Source: Tubiluchus corallicola (Eukaryota; Animalia; Priapulida). From it: 64,000 nt of DNA. The DNA is taken from positions 186,001-250,000 of the forward strand of contig JAQGDQ010000142.1 of NCBI GenBank assembly GCA_030141605.1, in the 5' to 3' direction. How positions within the stretch are numbered: the stretch's first letter is position 1; each line of letters begins with the position of its first letter. The notes below the pieces were generated by a model, which searched no databases, had not been told where the DNA came from, and saw nothing but the letters and a program-made list of their open reading frames with translations. The position numbers were made by a program, and so were the translations under genes. Positions 11,821 through 35,500 of the stretch are shown piece by piece.

Positions 11821-14744
11821 GTGAGTTATTTTTAACTAGTGAAATAGCTCAGTGTTTGCGGTATGGTGCCTTGTTATGCTCTGTATGCTGATGTTAAGCA
11901 ATGCTGGTCTTAGTTAGTGAATAAATGGTGGACTGCCTGTATACCCGATTCATGGATGAATTTATGTCGTAAGCTGGCCCAGGCTATTTCTGCCGTTGAA
12001 TGAGGATGTATATGCACCTAAGAGCCAAGACATCTTTGCTCGTATAATGTTTCATCTCATCGCATTGTTCTTGGTAACGATTTCGGTGCCGTGACAAGCA
12101 CGCACCTTAAATTTTCCCGGCAGTGTCGAGCTGTAAGAAAAATATCGGTGATGGATAAGTTTGGACAGCACTTATGGCAATTTCCGGCTACCAGTGGCTG
12201 TGGTTTTCGTTTTATCAACGGCGAGAAGAATCGTCTCTGCGCTGACACTTGCTGCATGATAATGATTGTGTGTTACGTAGAAAAGATTTGTCGAAATTTA
12301 GACAACAATAATTTTAGAAGCAAATATTCTACAAAGTTGAAATTTCATAGTTTGATATCATAATATATTAACGTTTGGCTGTGAGAGCAACAAGTTCACA
12401 GTTTTAGTAGTTTTTAAGTTATAACCGAAAAGTTTCTGCATGTTAAAAAATATACGCCGGAATAACGCGAAAAACTTCCACGTTAACTTATAAAGCACTC
12501 AATACAGGGCAGCAAACCAATCAAGAAATCAACTGGTTGTACGACACGGTAAAATTATTAGAACTTTGATAACGATTCGTTATCAAGAAAAATAGGACTT
12601 AATCCTCTAGGCTGTAGCATATGGAACTCTCGTAACAGAAAATGTACGACAATTGCACAGAGTATTTTGATGCTGAGGAACTATAGTCAAAAATATTTGA
12701 ATGCTGAAACCGAATATCCCTTAAAGAGTGAGAAACTGTATATCGGCTATTCGAGAAAAAGCCCTCTTCTAGTTTGCATTTAAAATGGTGGACACATACC
12801 AATTTTTATATTAGTAACATACAAAATTTTAACCGGCATTTACTTTTTTATTTGTTGATTTAAAACTTCTGTATTTTTGGAAATATCTGTAATTTTCAAG
12901 CCGTTCCGTTGCTTTCTTCTTATAATATTGTGATCAAAACTTCGGCACATTTTTTGTGCCACCCGGTATAAGTCTAATAATCTTGGTCGAAATTGGTCTA
13001 TAACCTTTGCAAACTTTTCATTTTGTCAGGTACAGCTTTGTACTTTTGTATGTTCTTATAATTTCTAATTTTCGTACATTGGTGAGGTCAATGCAGTTTG
13101 ACAGATTAATATGAATTAATTAATTACCAGTAATTATTATGAATTAATTACTTACTGGTTATAAAAAAATCGCTAGATTTTATATTGAGTACCTTGCAAG
13201 CTTGACGTACGGCTAAACAAAGAGTTATTTTACAATTGTGGTTGCAAGTCTGAGAGTTTTGTTACAAAAAAGTTCACAAAGCGGTGATATATTGTTGTGG
13301 TAAAGTTTCGAAAATAACAGAAACTGTCTCAAGTCTCTAAGTTTCTAACTTGTCTTTAACTAACCATGGAATGGTCGATATTAGTGTAATGATTGAACAA
13401 ACTAACTATTATTAACATTCTGTGACCCAACAGTCTAAAATGGAGGAAGTGTGAAAAAATTGTGCGCTAGCAAGCTTGAACTTGAACCAGGGACGTTTGG
13501 ATTACGATAAAAAAAATTAGGTTTATTGTGTTATAAATTGAAAATTTTTAGTTAAATAAATTATTCATGATTTAATATACTGGTTATTTAGCTAATTTAG
13601 TGACGCATAGTAGGCTCATGCTTTCGGTAGATTTTGTCTAGTTTACAGAGACTAAACCTCGCGATTGTAGTAAAACGATCGCCACTTTCAAAATCTGTTC
13701 ATTGTAATGTACACTTAAGCGTTGTAGAGGTGCAATTGAAATGTTTTCTCAGGCAAAATTACCGCTTGTTTTCATGTTTTCTCTAATTAATTTCACTGGC
13801 GGATAATGGTAGACAAGGTTCAACGTACGTACACAGAAACCCGCACAAACGTGAATCCGAAAATGAGTTGGTAATTTTACGTATATCATAATTGTGTACA
13901 AAAGGGGCAGCTTCATTTCTGGGACTTTACAGTTAGCTAACAAAGTGTGCTTAATGTGAACTTATATAACAAACTTATGACACTTGATTAAGGTGAAAAA
14001 TCATTTGCGAATAAAAGACTGGTTATCTTACCTATAATATGCAGATGCGCTATTATACAACTTATACAACTGCCTCTTCGTACAGCTTTTTACCTTCGCC
14101 ATATCCGTATTTGGGAAAACTGCCGAATTTCTAGCGAATTTACACCTATTGTGCAAATATTCACGCATTCATACAAACACTCATATCTGGCATTATATGC
14201 TGCCTATTTACACGTTGCAATCAAAAGTTTATTTCGCATCACTGGCCGAGTTTAATGTTACATCTGGGTCCACATCGCTTAACCTTTGCTCGGGATATGA
14301 TTATATTATGCGTCGTCTAGTACAAATGTGAGATTTTGTCTGTCGTTAAAACATTGCGTAGGTCTACCTTGTGTATTGTGAGTCCCTAATCTAAAAGATG
14401 CGTTATAATATGCATGCAGTTTGTCATTTTTTAAAACAAAATCTGTAAGGTTGAAAGAGAAGTACTAAGGTGCCTTGTGGATCGTCAGTTTGGTTTCTTT
14501 CATTTTGTTGTGAACTCAATTTTTTATTGTGGGATATTGCAGGAATTAGAGATTCAAACAGGCGCATTGAACGACAAATGCTTTTTTTTATGATTCCTTT
14601 AAAATTTTGGTGCTTAACAAGTCATTCGGCTTTGCTATTTATATGTGGAGCAGTTAAGAAACTTTGAAATTGCAGTTTGCTGGTGTGATTGATAATGTGA
14701 TTTTATGATGAAACGATCTACACTTTCGTACATTTAATTTGGAG

Positions 14745-14975
14745 ATGCGCAAACGGCACTTTCATGACATTCATGGAGCATCTACGAAAACTGACACTCA
14801 GCTAAGCAGTTTGTCAACTTCTAATGTAAACTGGTACATGCCTAGTACAGAAATGAACAATGAAAAACAATTCCAAAAGAAAGCGTCCCTTCCGGCTAAG
14901 GGCAAAAGTAATGTTGCCAAAGCCTTTGGGCAGAGAAGTTATTCTGCTGCAGCGTTACACTATTTGTGGAATGAG
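14745..14975 (+). CDS. Candidate alternative first coding exon of the RhoGEF (MRKRHFHD...HYLWNE)
   Basis: 77 open codons from an ATG to a GAG|GTTAGT phase-0 donor, 770 nt upstream of exon 15745. Confidence 0.45.
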
Positions 14976-15396
14976 GTTAGTTTGGTTTCACTAGAAACTC
15001 TAAAATACCTGCATGATACATACTTGTCTTCTTGCAAGTTTTAATGTTGAACGTGGCTTGACAAACATAACAATTATAATACTTGTCTCTTGTGAAAATT
15101 ATACAAGGTGTGCCAAGAAATTATCAGCTGAATTAACTACTGTAAAGTGAAAACTTGTGCTGCTAGCCCACTGGGGCGGAAGCTGCTTAAATAAATAATT
15201 TGTGTTTGAGACCAAGAAGAGGGCATGCAGCTTTTTTATTCATAAATGTTTTAAGAGCTATGAGATTTGTAAATCCGAATGTGCTTACTAAAGGGAAAAC
15301 GTTTGTGTACAGGATGCATTACAACTTCTTGAAACAAGGAAATGATTGCGTAATCATCCTTAGCCAGTTCCTGCATGTATATACACTTCTTACGAA

Positions 15397-15409
15397 AGAG
15401 AGGGAGGGG

Positions 15410-15448
<39 letters not shown>

Positions 15449-15449
15449 A

Positions 15450-15536
<87 letters not shown>

Positions 15537-15561
15537 AACAATCACACGCACGCACGCACGC

Positions 15562-15611
<50 letters not shown>
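15397..15611. repeat. (GA)n followed by (CA)n microsatellite
   Basis: Seen directly. Confidence 0.98.
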
Positions 15612-15614
<3 letters not shown>

Positions 15615-15744
15615 TTATGAGGTTATCCTTAGTCAGCGGTTTGGAAGTTATCGGAACTTTGTCGGAGTTAACATCGAAAGGTTAAAACTTCCATTTATTA
15701 CTGTTTTAATTATAAATACCAGTTGACCATTGTTTTTCTTCTAG

Positions 15745-25049
<9,305 letters not shown>

Positions 25050-28000
25050 GAAGAGTCATTGACCGAGAGAATTCAGAAACTTATGATATTAGTTAACATT
25101 GGGTGATGCCAAAGATGTACTCAGCTTGAACGGAGCACTAAAACAGTTTGTACTAAAATGATTGCTAAGTGCTTCAATATAAAGCCGTTGAGTTGGCGAG
25201 CTCTGCACCTGCTATTTCTGTCAAGTTTGTAATGAGACATTCGTCATGTTAGTATTATTACCAGTGTCATTTGTTGATTTTTATTTAATGTGTAATCATA
25301 TTTTATACCTTGGAAATTTTCTTATTAACCTGAACGAGTAAGTATTAGTGATTTATTAAAAATATGATTATCTATAAAATTTCAAAGACGAATTCACTGT
25401 GCATTCACTTTGGTAAGTTTATTATTCTCTTACGATTTTGTTCAGTGTAAAAATTCCATGTTTACCATTTAACGCGTCGACATCTGAGTACATGGTAGAA
25501 TCAACCTAACTTTGTTTATCGTTTTTGAACAAAATTCATAGTAAACATGATTGGGCCTCTTCATGTTGTGTTTTCTTAACTTAAATGCTTATTTTTTTCA
25601 ATTAGAAGCTTATACTTCACTATATTATGTTCGTTATTTAGAGGTGACGAAATGAAGGTTGACATGGTTGTGATTTTTGTATAGAGTAAATTTTTAGCGA
25701 GATTTATGTTTACAATCATGTTTCCATAATTTTTTCGGTAAGATAGTTGCTGTCATGGTACATACCTTCATGTTACTATATTTATAATTAGCTACATTAT
25801 ATGGTTGCACTGTTCATTGAATTTGACATTTGTTGATTTGCTTTTTGCAAATGGCAAAATCCAGAAAAACAAACCATTTGTAACGATCAAGGATGCCTAG
25901 CTAACAAATGTAAAAATGTTAGATTTATGTTATGTGACTGTTTCAACCAATAATGACTTATGTTGTTCTAAAAGCAAATTGAAGCTTTGATTACAGTTGC
26001 ATTATATTAACAATTTGACCTTTGTTGAAGTAAGTTTACATGGTTGTCCTGAGTCTTTTAAAATAGTCGGGTTTGTGCCAACGTTTGAAAATTATTAAAT
26101 TTCGAACTAGGCTTAGTTTTTATTAAAAAAACTAACAAGAACTTTCAATTATACACTAATTGTTTTCCTATTTTTGGGTTACCTGTTAAAACTGTGGTAA
26201 TTTTTATTTATGTAAATTTGTAAGTGTATAATATGTATATATTAGCTGTTAATGCAAAAGCATGGTTCTTATTTATATTCGGGGTCCATTTGCTCAAAAC
26301 TGTGGACAAAAATATTTATTAACATTGCACTAGGCACATTGTAAATACTGCTACGTAATTATTATAACAAATAAATTTAAATTGCCAATTACTAGTGATA
26401 CACTAGTTGGTTTACTGTAAGTTACAAACAGTGTAATATAATAATAATTATTATAATTAAATAGTGTTTTGTATTAAATCAATCTTTTGTTTTTTTCACC
26501 GTACTCCTACAAATTAATAGATAACATTCTTTAAATGTAAAACATGCAAATATAATTTATAAATATAACTATCAGTGTAACATGAGGATTAAAATTTGTC
26601 GGATACATTGACGATAAGTAAGCTTAACGGTAACTGGTGAAATGCCTGAAGGGTCTGTGTGAGAGACTACTACTTCATGATGCCCAAAGTCAAAAAATTC
26701 ATGTTTGAGTAGCTTTATTACGTTTTATCTGTAAGAAAAATCATAACAAAATATAACAAACTAATTTCAGCCAAAAAGGAAACAAAGGAAATTAATAATA
26801 AAGTGAGACTGAATAATCAAAATAAACTTACATCATGGCTCTACTACTCTTGACAAATAAATGGTTTAACAACTAGCCAGGTAAACTAGCTCTGTCAGTA
26901 GAGCATGACAGAGAGAAGCCAAGTCAAGACATACATACGAATGCAGTTAAAGGGGGGGGGGCTTACAGAATGAGAGAACACTGAAGTAATAAAATAACCT
27001 AAAATCCTTCACAGTCTGTCTTTAGGTAGCTGCAAGTTAAGCCAAATACAGTAATTAGTTTACCATGGCAAATTACCAATCTGTAAGAATCTCAGTGATG
27101 TCACTGGTTATCATTCGATTACCGATAACCAATATAATAATAGTATCATAGACGTGCAGCTTCCGCGCAGAAAGCGAGTGGTGACACAGAGCTGGTGTTT
27201 CCATGTGAATATCATAGCAAGCGACTTTGTTGTGGTTTCTTGGTTTCTTCTTGTGACGACTATTACACATCTGTCACAATCTCGGGTTTTGCCCAAACTC
27301 AAAAGAAAATGACGATACTAGTTGCCAACTAATAGGTTTTACTTTAGTGGTAAAGTTTTTCCAGTTTTGCTTTTGAACAAGCCATCTGGAACAATGGTTA
27401 ATTGTGGAACTGCTATTTCATTTGTCTTTTTGTCGATTTTTAAAATTGTACAGTTTGGATGAATGTCCCTAGAAAAATTTATAGTAGCTAGTACTTCTCA
27501 TTCACTTGCTTTAGCTTAATTAAAATGCAAATGACCAATCATTAAATGTGAAATTGTAATCTAAGCAGATCGGAAATGGGAGCAGATCGACAATTATCGA
27601 CGATCGATAATTTTGTTTATGGGCATTTTATTTTGTAGTTAAGCTGTAATGCTGTGATTTGTTGATTTTACATTTTTAGGCAAACTCGACATTTTATATT
27701 GTAAATCATTAACCATGAATTGTCTCCAGCTGTTTGAGAAAGTAAAGTTTTCAGTCTCTGAGATACGTAGGGGCGTTTGTTTCCTTGCATTAAAATTTAT
27801 TTGAACAAGTTCGCGTTTATGCGGATAAAGTGGTAAAATTTTTTTAAAAGCAAATGTCTGTGACATGATGTATTCATTTTATGATCAATGTAAAATGTTT
27901 TTCAAAATATTCCAATAATATCCCACGTCGTCGACAAATAGTAATATAGGTATTGCATTAAGATTACAAAGTCATTGTGCATAAAACTAAAAAGCATAAA

Positions 28001-31000
28001 TGGTATTTTGTGGCTATACAAAGTGTGTAAAGCTGTGCTGAGCAGCGAATGGTGTTGGGAAGTCAAGCTACCATTTAGGCATCGTGTAAAACAAGCTAGG
28101 CAATATCATCCATATTTTTGTATGCATCCACTATTCCACTAGGAGTCGCTATAAGGCTAAGTGTCAGTGTGTCACTATTTTCTGACAAGAACAAACATGA
28201 CATTTACATTTTTTATGTAAAATTAAGCGACACGCAAAGTTTCTGTTTTTATGAAACATATATAATATTTACATGAGTACGACGTGCGTCATATCTGTGC
28301 ACTTAACTTACACATGTTATAATGTTGACATTTTAAACCTTCGTCATCAGCATTCCGGCGAAGTTTGCCATATCGGCGAAGAATAAGTTGCATCCCGGAC
28401 ACAATGTAGCCATATATCGCGTAGTTGTTAAAAGCTTTTGTAATGGCGCCAAGGGTTCAACAGTCCAACATTCTACTAACCTACGTGGCCTATGTCTCTT
28501 TTTTGCAAACCCTTTCTCGCTATAAAATAAATAAATAACAGACCACAGTACTTTAAGAAAAACAAAATATATGCTCGAGAAAATGTTAACCATTTTAATT
28601 GTTCAAAAACACGAATTGGGCTCTCAGAAGACACGTCAGTTTGTGGTCCCGTTCTTACATTCTTTTTGCTCGCTCGTTGTCTTATTAAGCTAATATAATT
28701 TATCCAGTGTTAGCAAGTTAAATTTGATTATGTATGTTACAATGGGTAATTCATTTGAGAACAATCTGTTACAAAGTCCCTAAAATTTCTCTACTCTTCC
28801 GGTCTCTTCGTCTCTTTGTCAGTGTGAATACGACTCATAGCTGTTTAACTAATTCATCATGAACAGTCTAAATATCAACTTACTCTTGAAATAATTAAAC
28901 TCCGTCGTTGACTCGAACCAACGGTCACAGAGGGTCAAAACCTCAAAGCAAACTAGGATGCTGATAATTTGTACAAACTATAGTCAGGTGACTATAATAG
29001 GCGTCGACTTTGTGACATGTTTTACATATGTGCCTTTTTCAAAATACTTTTGTTTTAATTCTATAATTCGTATGAGCAAAATTAAACATATCACATTGTA
29101 ACTACTTGATGTTTCGCTTTTATCGTAATCACAGTAATCCGTCACAAATTTTAGCAAAATTATTGGACTTGGAGAAAAAGCAAAAGGATCGGAAATTCGG
29201 GACAATTCCGTAATATTTTTTTTTAATATAAAGACATTATTTTCTTAGCGTTCTCTTCGACGGACTTATTCTATAGACCTAATAGATACCTGTGCCAGTT
29301 AGTTAAATCTTGGAATCTACAGTCGTTGCGCAATTTAGGTATACATTTTGTTTTACTGAAATTAATGAAAAAGTCCTTCCATCGTGCTTTTCTTTATCCC
29401 TTGAGTGTTGAACGACTTGTTTTCCGCAAATTTGTTGTGACAGTAATATCGCACTGACTACAGGTTAATCAAAAGTTGCTTACAAGCCATTTAAGACAAA
29501 ACACAAAAGTCGTCTTTATCTTTCAGATTGATGCCGCTAGGACCAATTAAGATCTTTTTCTCCTTGTCTTTATCATTGTACCTGTTCAAATTCTTGTTTT
29601 CAGCTAGAACATGAAGAAGGTTTCTGCTTTAAAAGCTAAAGAAAGTCGTTTTGAGGTCGCCTTTGAGTTTTTGTTTTCCTCGCTTTAATTAAACCTTTTA
29701 CTGAGTTAAACAATGGAAACCTTTTAAATATAAAGGGCATGTTACACTTTAAAGCGCGTGCGTTGTGCGACGATGTAGAGCATTTTACCTTGAAATTATA
29801 CACCATTGCGAAGCAAAAGGAAACATTGGACATTTGATGGAAAGACGCCAAGTGTGAAATGCATAAATTCTTCTATAGAATAAACACAATTATTGATGAA
29901 ATGTGAAAAATCCGAGACTACGGAAATTTGGTTTGCAAGTCTAACGGAATGGCTAATTTAAGATTATTAGTAATTAATAATTACGGCAAAACACATCTGT
30001 TATAAATAGTGTAATTTCAAAATACGTATTTTAACTAATTATATCGGATCAACGCAAAGTCCTTACTACAGAAAACGTGTTTCGAAATAAGTTAAATCAT
30101 ATTTAGGTAAACCAAACGTAAAGCGTATTTACTTTATAATTATTGTTTTCTGGATTTTTTTACAGAATCTAATACGCTGTAATGCGAATCCTTCGAATTT
30201 TTGATGTGGTAAATGGTTAACATTTTGTCGTTCATACGTTTTGTTTTCTTAAACTGCTGTGGTCTGTTATTTACTACTTTACAGTGAGGAATAGGTCACA
30301 TAGTAAAAATAATGTCGCGAACTGCTGACACTTGGCGCCAGCACAAAAGTACAGAACAACTTTACGAAATATGCTACGTCGTGACCGGCATGCATTTTAT
30401 GGCAAACGTTGCCGTAATGCTGATGGCGAAGGTTTAAAATGTTGACGTTATAAAGTAAGTTAATTGCACGAATGTGACACACGTCGTATTCATGTAAATA
30501 CTGAAACACACGTTAGTTCAAATAGTTACTAATAAAAAGGACATTATGATACAGAATTGCCTGCGTAGTATAACAATGTTTCAATAATTAAATCATTAGT
30601 AGTGAAACCGAAAGATAAATGCTTTAGTAGACGTATACTCCCGGAAAACAAACAAACAAAGGGATCTGCATTTAAATCTGTGACATTTGGATTGTAAGTT
30701 CAGTATTTTACACCACACAGTTCCTTGTATCAAAAGATCCGCATTTCTAATTTAGGTCTATTTCGAATTTTTCACATTAACTTTTTTGGTTGAATTTGAT
30801 TAATAATGGACTAGTTTTCATAATTTGCATACTCACGTTATAAATAATAATTAGCTGATTTACACAATGAAAACGTGTGACTACCAGCTCCATTGCATCT
30901 TAGTTAATTAATTTTCCATAATCAGTTTATGAGCTAAGCGGAGAAAATGAAAATTACCCATTCTCTTTATAGATAATAAGAGGAAATATGCTACGAGGTA

Positions 31001-31949
31001 CCGGATTAAAATGATTTTGAACCCACGTTTTAAATACCATAATTCTTTGTTAATAGCTTCTAGAGGTGGTTCTCGTTAATTCTGGTCACTCACGCTTCTA
31101 AGCACTAACTTTACCGACGCGCTTCTGCATTTGAAGGCATATAAACTTGTCGATACGTTCTACAGATTGTTTACTGGCAATTGACTTTTTCACGGAAGCA
31201 TGTTTGATATCTTGCTACCTTACCAACATTATACTTATGATTTACTCAGAAATAATTTGCGTTTTATGAACAAGGTATGCAGGCTCTGACAATGATGGTT
31301 AAGGGGTGTGAAGTGCAAGAGCAAATAAATACAATTTTAGTATTCACTGAAGAATATATCACGTATAAAGTGAATGTTGTGTTTAGATATTTTTCGCAGA
31401 GACCTCGTCTCTTTATAGGCTTTGAACTCAGGTAACGTGTAACCCAGCTGTTCTAAGTCCTTACTCACAAAGAACGTTACCCATCTTTTTAACAGATGCT
31501 TTTATGATCAGAACCAAAATTGACCTTATGATATATAAGAAGTAATAAAATATCATACTATGTGACATGTTGTGATTGATTGCGCAAAATCAAAATATCT
31601 ATTTAAATGAGAACTAATATGCACTGTTTGCGTATTTTGAAACCTTGCTGCTTCTTTTAAATTGGTGTTTCTGATAGGTCCTTCTTTGCACAAGGAATAT
31701 TGTTTACACAGGTGATTTTATATGACGTGTCGGTTATTGTTTATTATACGGTCGATTCCTTTCAGTCGGAAGTTCAAATAAAACTCACTAGCAGCAAATA
31801 CAACTTAATTTCCAAATATTGAGAAGCGCACATGCTTTCACTAAGCCGAAAAATGTATAGCCCTGTTAGTACATTCATAGTACTAAGTCATTCTTAGTAC
31901 GTAAAATTCTGTGTATGCATTTTATACAATTGTTCCGCTACCGGCGAGG

Positions 31950-32030
31950 TATAATAAAGCGTGTAATATCATATCTGACAAAAGAGTGAGAAGAGAAACT
32001 GCATTTGAATTATTCGCCTAAAAGCACCAG
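31950..32030 (+). promoter_or_regulatory. Candidate TATA box and short non-coding first exon of EGF/chitin-binding gene A
   Basis: TATAATAAAG at 31950 and a strong CAG|GTAAGA donor at 32031, upstream of the ATG exon acceptor at 32393. Confidence 0.35.
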
Positions 32031-32402
32031 GTAAGACGAATTATATATATAAGGAATTTGAATAAACTTTGCAGTGTGACATAGAATAAAAGATATTATA
32101 TGAAGGTATTCAAGAATAAAAAAGATATTATATAAAGGTATTCAAAAGAATAGATTAAAAAAAGATATAAAGCTAATGCATTTTTTGCCTGTATGATTTA
32201 AAACTTATAGGCTATTTGTTAATGTATTTTTTAGATTTTTAATTCATAACATTGTATAATAGTGTATGTTTATTTATGTTTATGATACAAATTATTTTGC
32301 ATTTTGCACAAATCTACGGATCAAAGAAATAGTATTAATTCAACTACACGAATACGATAATATGTATATACTATAAAGGTTTTGTAAATCTAGGGAAAAA
32401 TC

Positions 32403-32526
32403 ATGGAACACAAGACTACGTTACTATGCCTGCTAGTGTTAGTAAGTTTAGCACTTTGTAGAGAGAGAAAAATTTGTATTGAGACACCGTTGCCTGAGGA
32501 GTGTGGTAAAGCTATAAAATGTAATG
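32403..32526 (+). CDS. Gene A exon: signal peptide + 3-Cys module
   Basis: MEHKTTLLCLLVLVSLALCRERKICIETPLPEECGKAIKCN; phase-1 donor G|GTACGT. Confidence 0.8.
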
Positions 32527-35500
32527 GTACGTGCAATAATATATAATAGCCACTTAGTTTCTTTTACTGCAGTATTATTCCTAGCTGAATGAAGTCTGGG
32601 ATACAGAATAGTAAATATGATTTTCAAGCTTTTAATTATTTTTTTATTGATTTTTGATCAATTAACAATATTGGCACACTTGTTAAATTGGTAACTACAG
32701 CCACTAACGTTAAACTATGAGATGCTGGTTCTGATTTGAGACTGCATACTGTGTTCTCCCAAGTTTCTGAATGTGCTTTCACTTGCTTATGAAATAGATT
32801 AAATTTTACTTTTTTAAAAGAAACATTCAGCAATAAAGCAAATTTTCCTCACGCAGTCATTTACAGCTTTCTTTTATAACTACATTTCAGATATAGACGA
32901 GTGCGCTGAAGGAACTCATAACTGTGATGTCAATGCTGTTTGTTTAAATACATTTGGCAGTTTCTGTTGTCAGTGTGAAGATGGCTACGTTGGAGATGGG
33001 GTTTCGTGTAAACTTGCAGAATCATGTAAAGACAAAATCTTCGATTGCCCCTCAGGATTAAGATGTCCAGGTAAAAATCTTACACTTTCACGAGCACTGC
33101 AAAATGGCAGCATTAGCGGACAGATCACTGGGCGTGGGTCACCTGATAACATGTTTCGGGTCACTCACATAGGTCACTGGAGCTATGGTCATATGACAGT
33201 ATGTTTCACCAACAATTGTAAACAACAGTAAACAAAATTGTAAACAACTTGGCCATATGTTTACTCGTTGATCAATCACGAGTCAATTAATAAACTAACT
33301 ATCTCAGGTAGGTCAAAGGTCAACTAATAGCAGGTGTCAGATGTGTCAAAGTCAACTAATAACGGATGCCAAGTGGATGAAAAGATCAACTAATAGCAAG
33401 TGTCAGGTGGGTCAATAGCCAACTAATGATAATGTCACGTGGATCAAAGGTCAACTAATAGCAAATATTACGTGGGCCAAAGGTCAACTAATAGGAGACG
33501 CCAGGTATATTACGTGTTAAATTAGTAATAGGTGTTTTTTTAAAACCTGATTAGGAAAGATAGTACTTGGGTCACACAATGACTGACCTTGCATGGTTCT
33601 GAGGGTTACAAGTCAACCGAGAATCATAGATTCATTTCTTAGCCCGGAATTTCAGATTTTTCTCAGGCAATCCAGATAAGTTCCAACTGATAATGACATT
33701 AAAACTCATTAAATTCTTTCATATCCGTGGCAGTGCTAAAGACCTAAAGCAGAGCTTTGATGTTAAAAACTTTTGTAAATAGCCAGATGTTATTATTATT
33801 ATTATTGTCGTTGTTTATTCCTATTAATCGCACTCCATTGCGTCTCCGTGAAATTTACAAGTGATCAACATAAAACATTATAAACATTTTTTCTCATTTT
33901 ATAAGGCCATGTATGACTAAAAACTTAATGTATTAGCGAAATTTACTGTAAATTTTTAGATAGGCGAAAACGGAAGTTACATTGCGTTATACGATTGACA
34001 TTTTTAGTCAAACGCAGACAATTTCTGTGATCTTCAGTTTTTAGTTTAAGACTGTTTTTTCAGATAAAATATTTACGTAGCTTCTCCATTTTTAATTAAA
34101 TGATTTGCTTAGATTGCCTACGTATTTAGCAGTTGAAAGACAAATAGTTTAAGCTGTTTATTCATAATGATTTAATTTACGTTAATTTTCTTGGAAGCGC
34201 TTGGTAATATACTTATGTTTACACTGTTTATTGTGTTATAGCTAAGTTTAATTACGTATTTGACATTACAGATGTAAACGAGTGCGAGTTAGGAACACAT
34301 GACTGTGATGTGCACGCTGACTGTTTCAATTCAATTGGCAGCTTTTGCTGTGCATGCAAAGACGGCTACTACGGCGACGGCAGAACTTGTTTACGTAAGA
34401 TTTCAAACAAGCTTTATTGCACAAGAATCTTTTTTTATTTTTCCGCTTTTTATCATTTCTATGCCTGTATATCAGCTAAATTAAGAAACTAGCTACATTA
34501 GATGACCACACTATTGTAGAAATTTCTCGCAAGATGGCGCACCATTGCATCGATAAACCAGTGTAGTGATGTCAGTTACCCGTAGCAAGTTGATTACTTG
34601 TAACAATTAAGCCATACCACTTCCTCTGATTCTTACCCAACAGAAACTTATTCAATTCAACAAGAAAAAAGAACGGAAATTTTGCAAATTTAATCTTCTT
34701 GGAAATATAGGTTTGTGCTACCTGCTCTGGCCTTAAGTTGTATGGCTTCGCAGAGGCTACATCACGTAGGGTTTCAAATGGCAATTAATCGTGTCTCAGT
34801 TCTTAGCGTGGCCAATCCTAAATATGTTGTCATCTTTAGAATAATGTAGCAGTTTGTTTTGTTTCTAAAATATTAAGAAAATTACAACTCTGTAGCTAAA
34901 GAAAAACGGAAGGTCATAAAGGTACCATGACTTAGGGACGTTTTTCAGATTGCCTATATTTATTTTAGTCAAATAATTATTTTACAAGGAGTAGTCGCGA
35001 TGGTAAAATTTTTACTTAAAATAATTATTATAATGTTGACGCGACATCAGGTCCCCTTGCAGAAAAACGAGCGTTGTAGCAAGAGAAAACCGTTTTAGCT
35101 GGTATGCAGATGGCACGAAAAACGCTAAAGTTCAGTTTTTTACAGTTTTTGAAGCGAGACTATTAGATTATTAAAAAATGCTAATGAGTAAACGCTCCTA
35201 AGTTTTGATTGAATCGTTGGCCGCCGAAGTTTCAAAAAGTTTTTTTTTGTTAACGCTGAGTCGCCTTATAAATAACACTAGCACTTAATTCTGATAGTCG
35301 TTATCGAATTGTACCGATTTGTATATAACGAATGGTGAAATGCGACTGTAAATTTTGCATATGTAAGTGGCCTATATAAGTGAACTATGTCTAGTGAGTA
35401 GGAGGAACTTGCAAAAATATGAAAGGAAAGACAGGAATGAAAGACATTGATGAAAAACCGAATTAAAGAATAAAATGTAAAAACGCAGGAAATGAAAGAA

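Noticed and set aside
12945-12970. Tc1/mariner-like terminus (also about 47470-47488 and 59502-59520)
   Set aside because: No matching partner TIR was found in the window.
15200-15685. ER/SL/HT-repeat ORFs (also 18774-19548 and 37062-37406)
   Set aside because: They are (GA)n/(CA)n microsatellites inside introns.
27060-27310. Overlapping open frames on both strands
   Set aside because: No recognisable motif or convincing splice sites.
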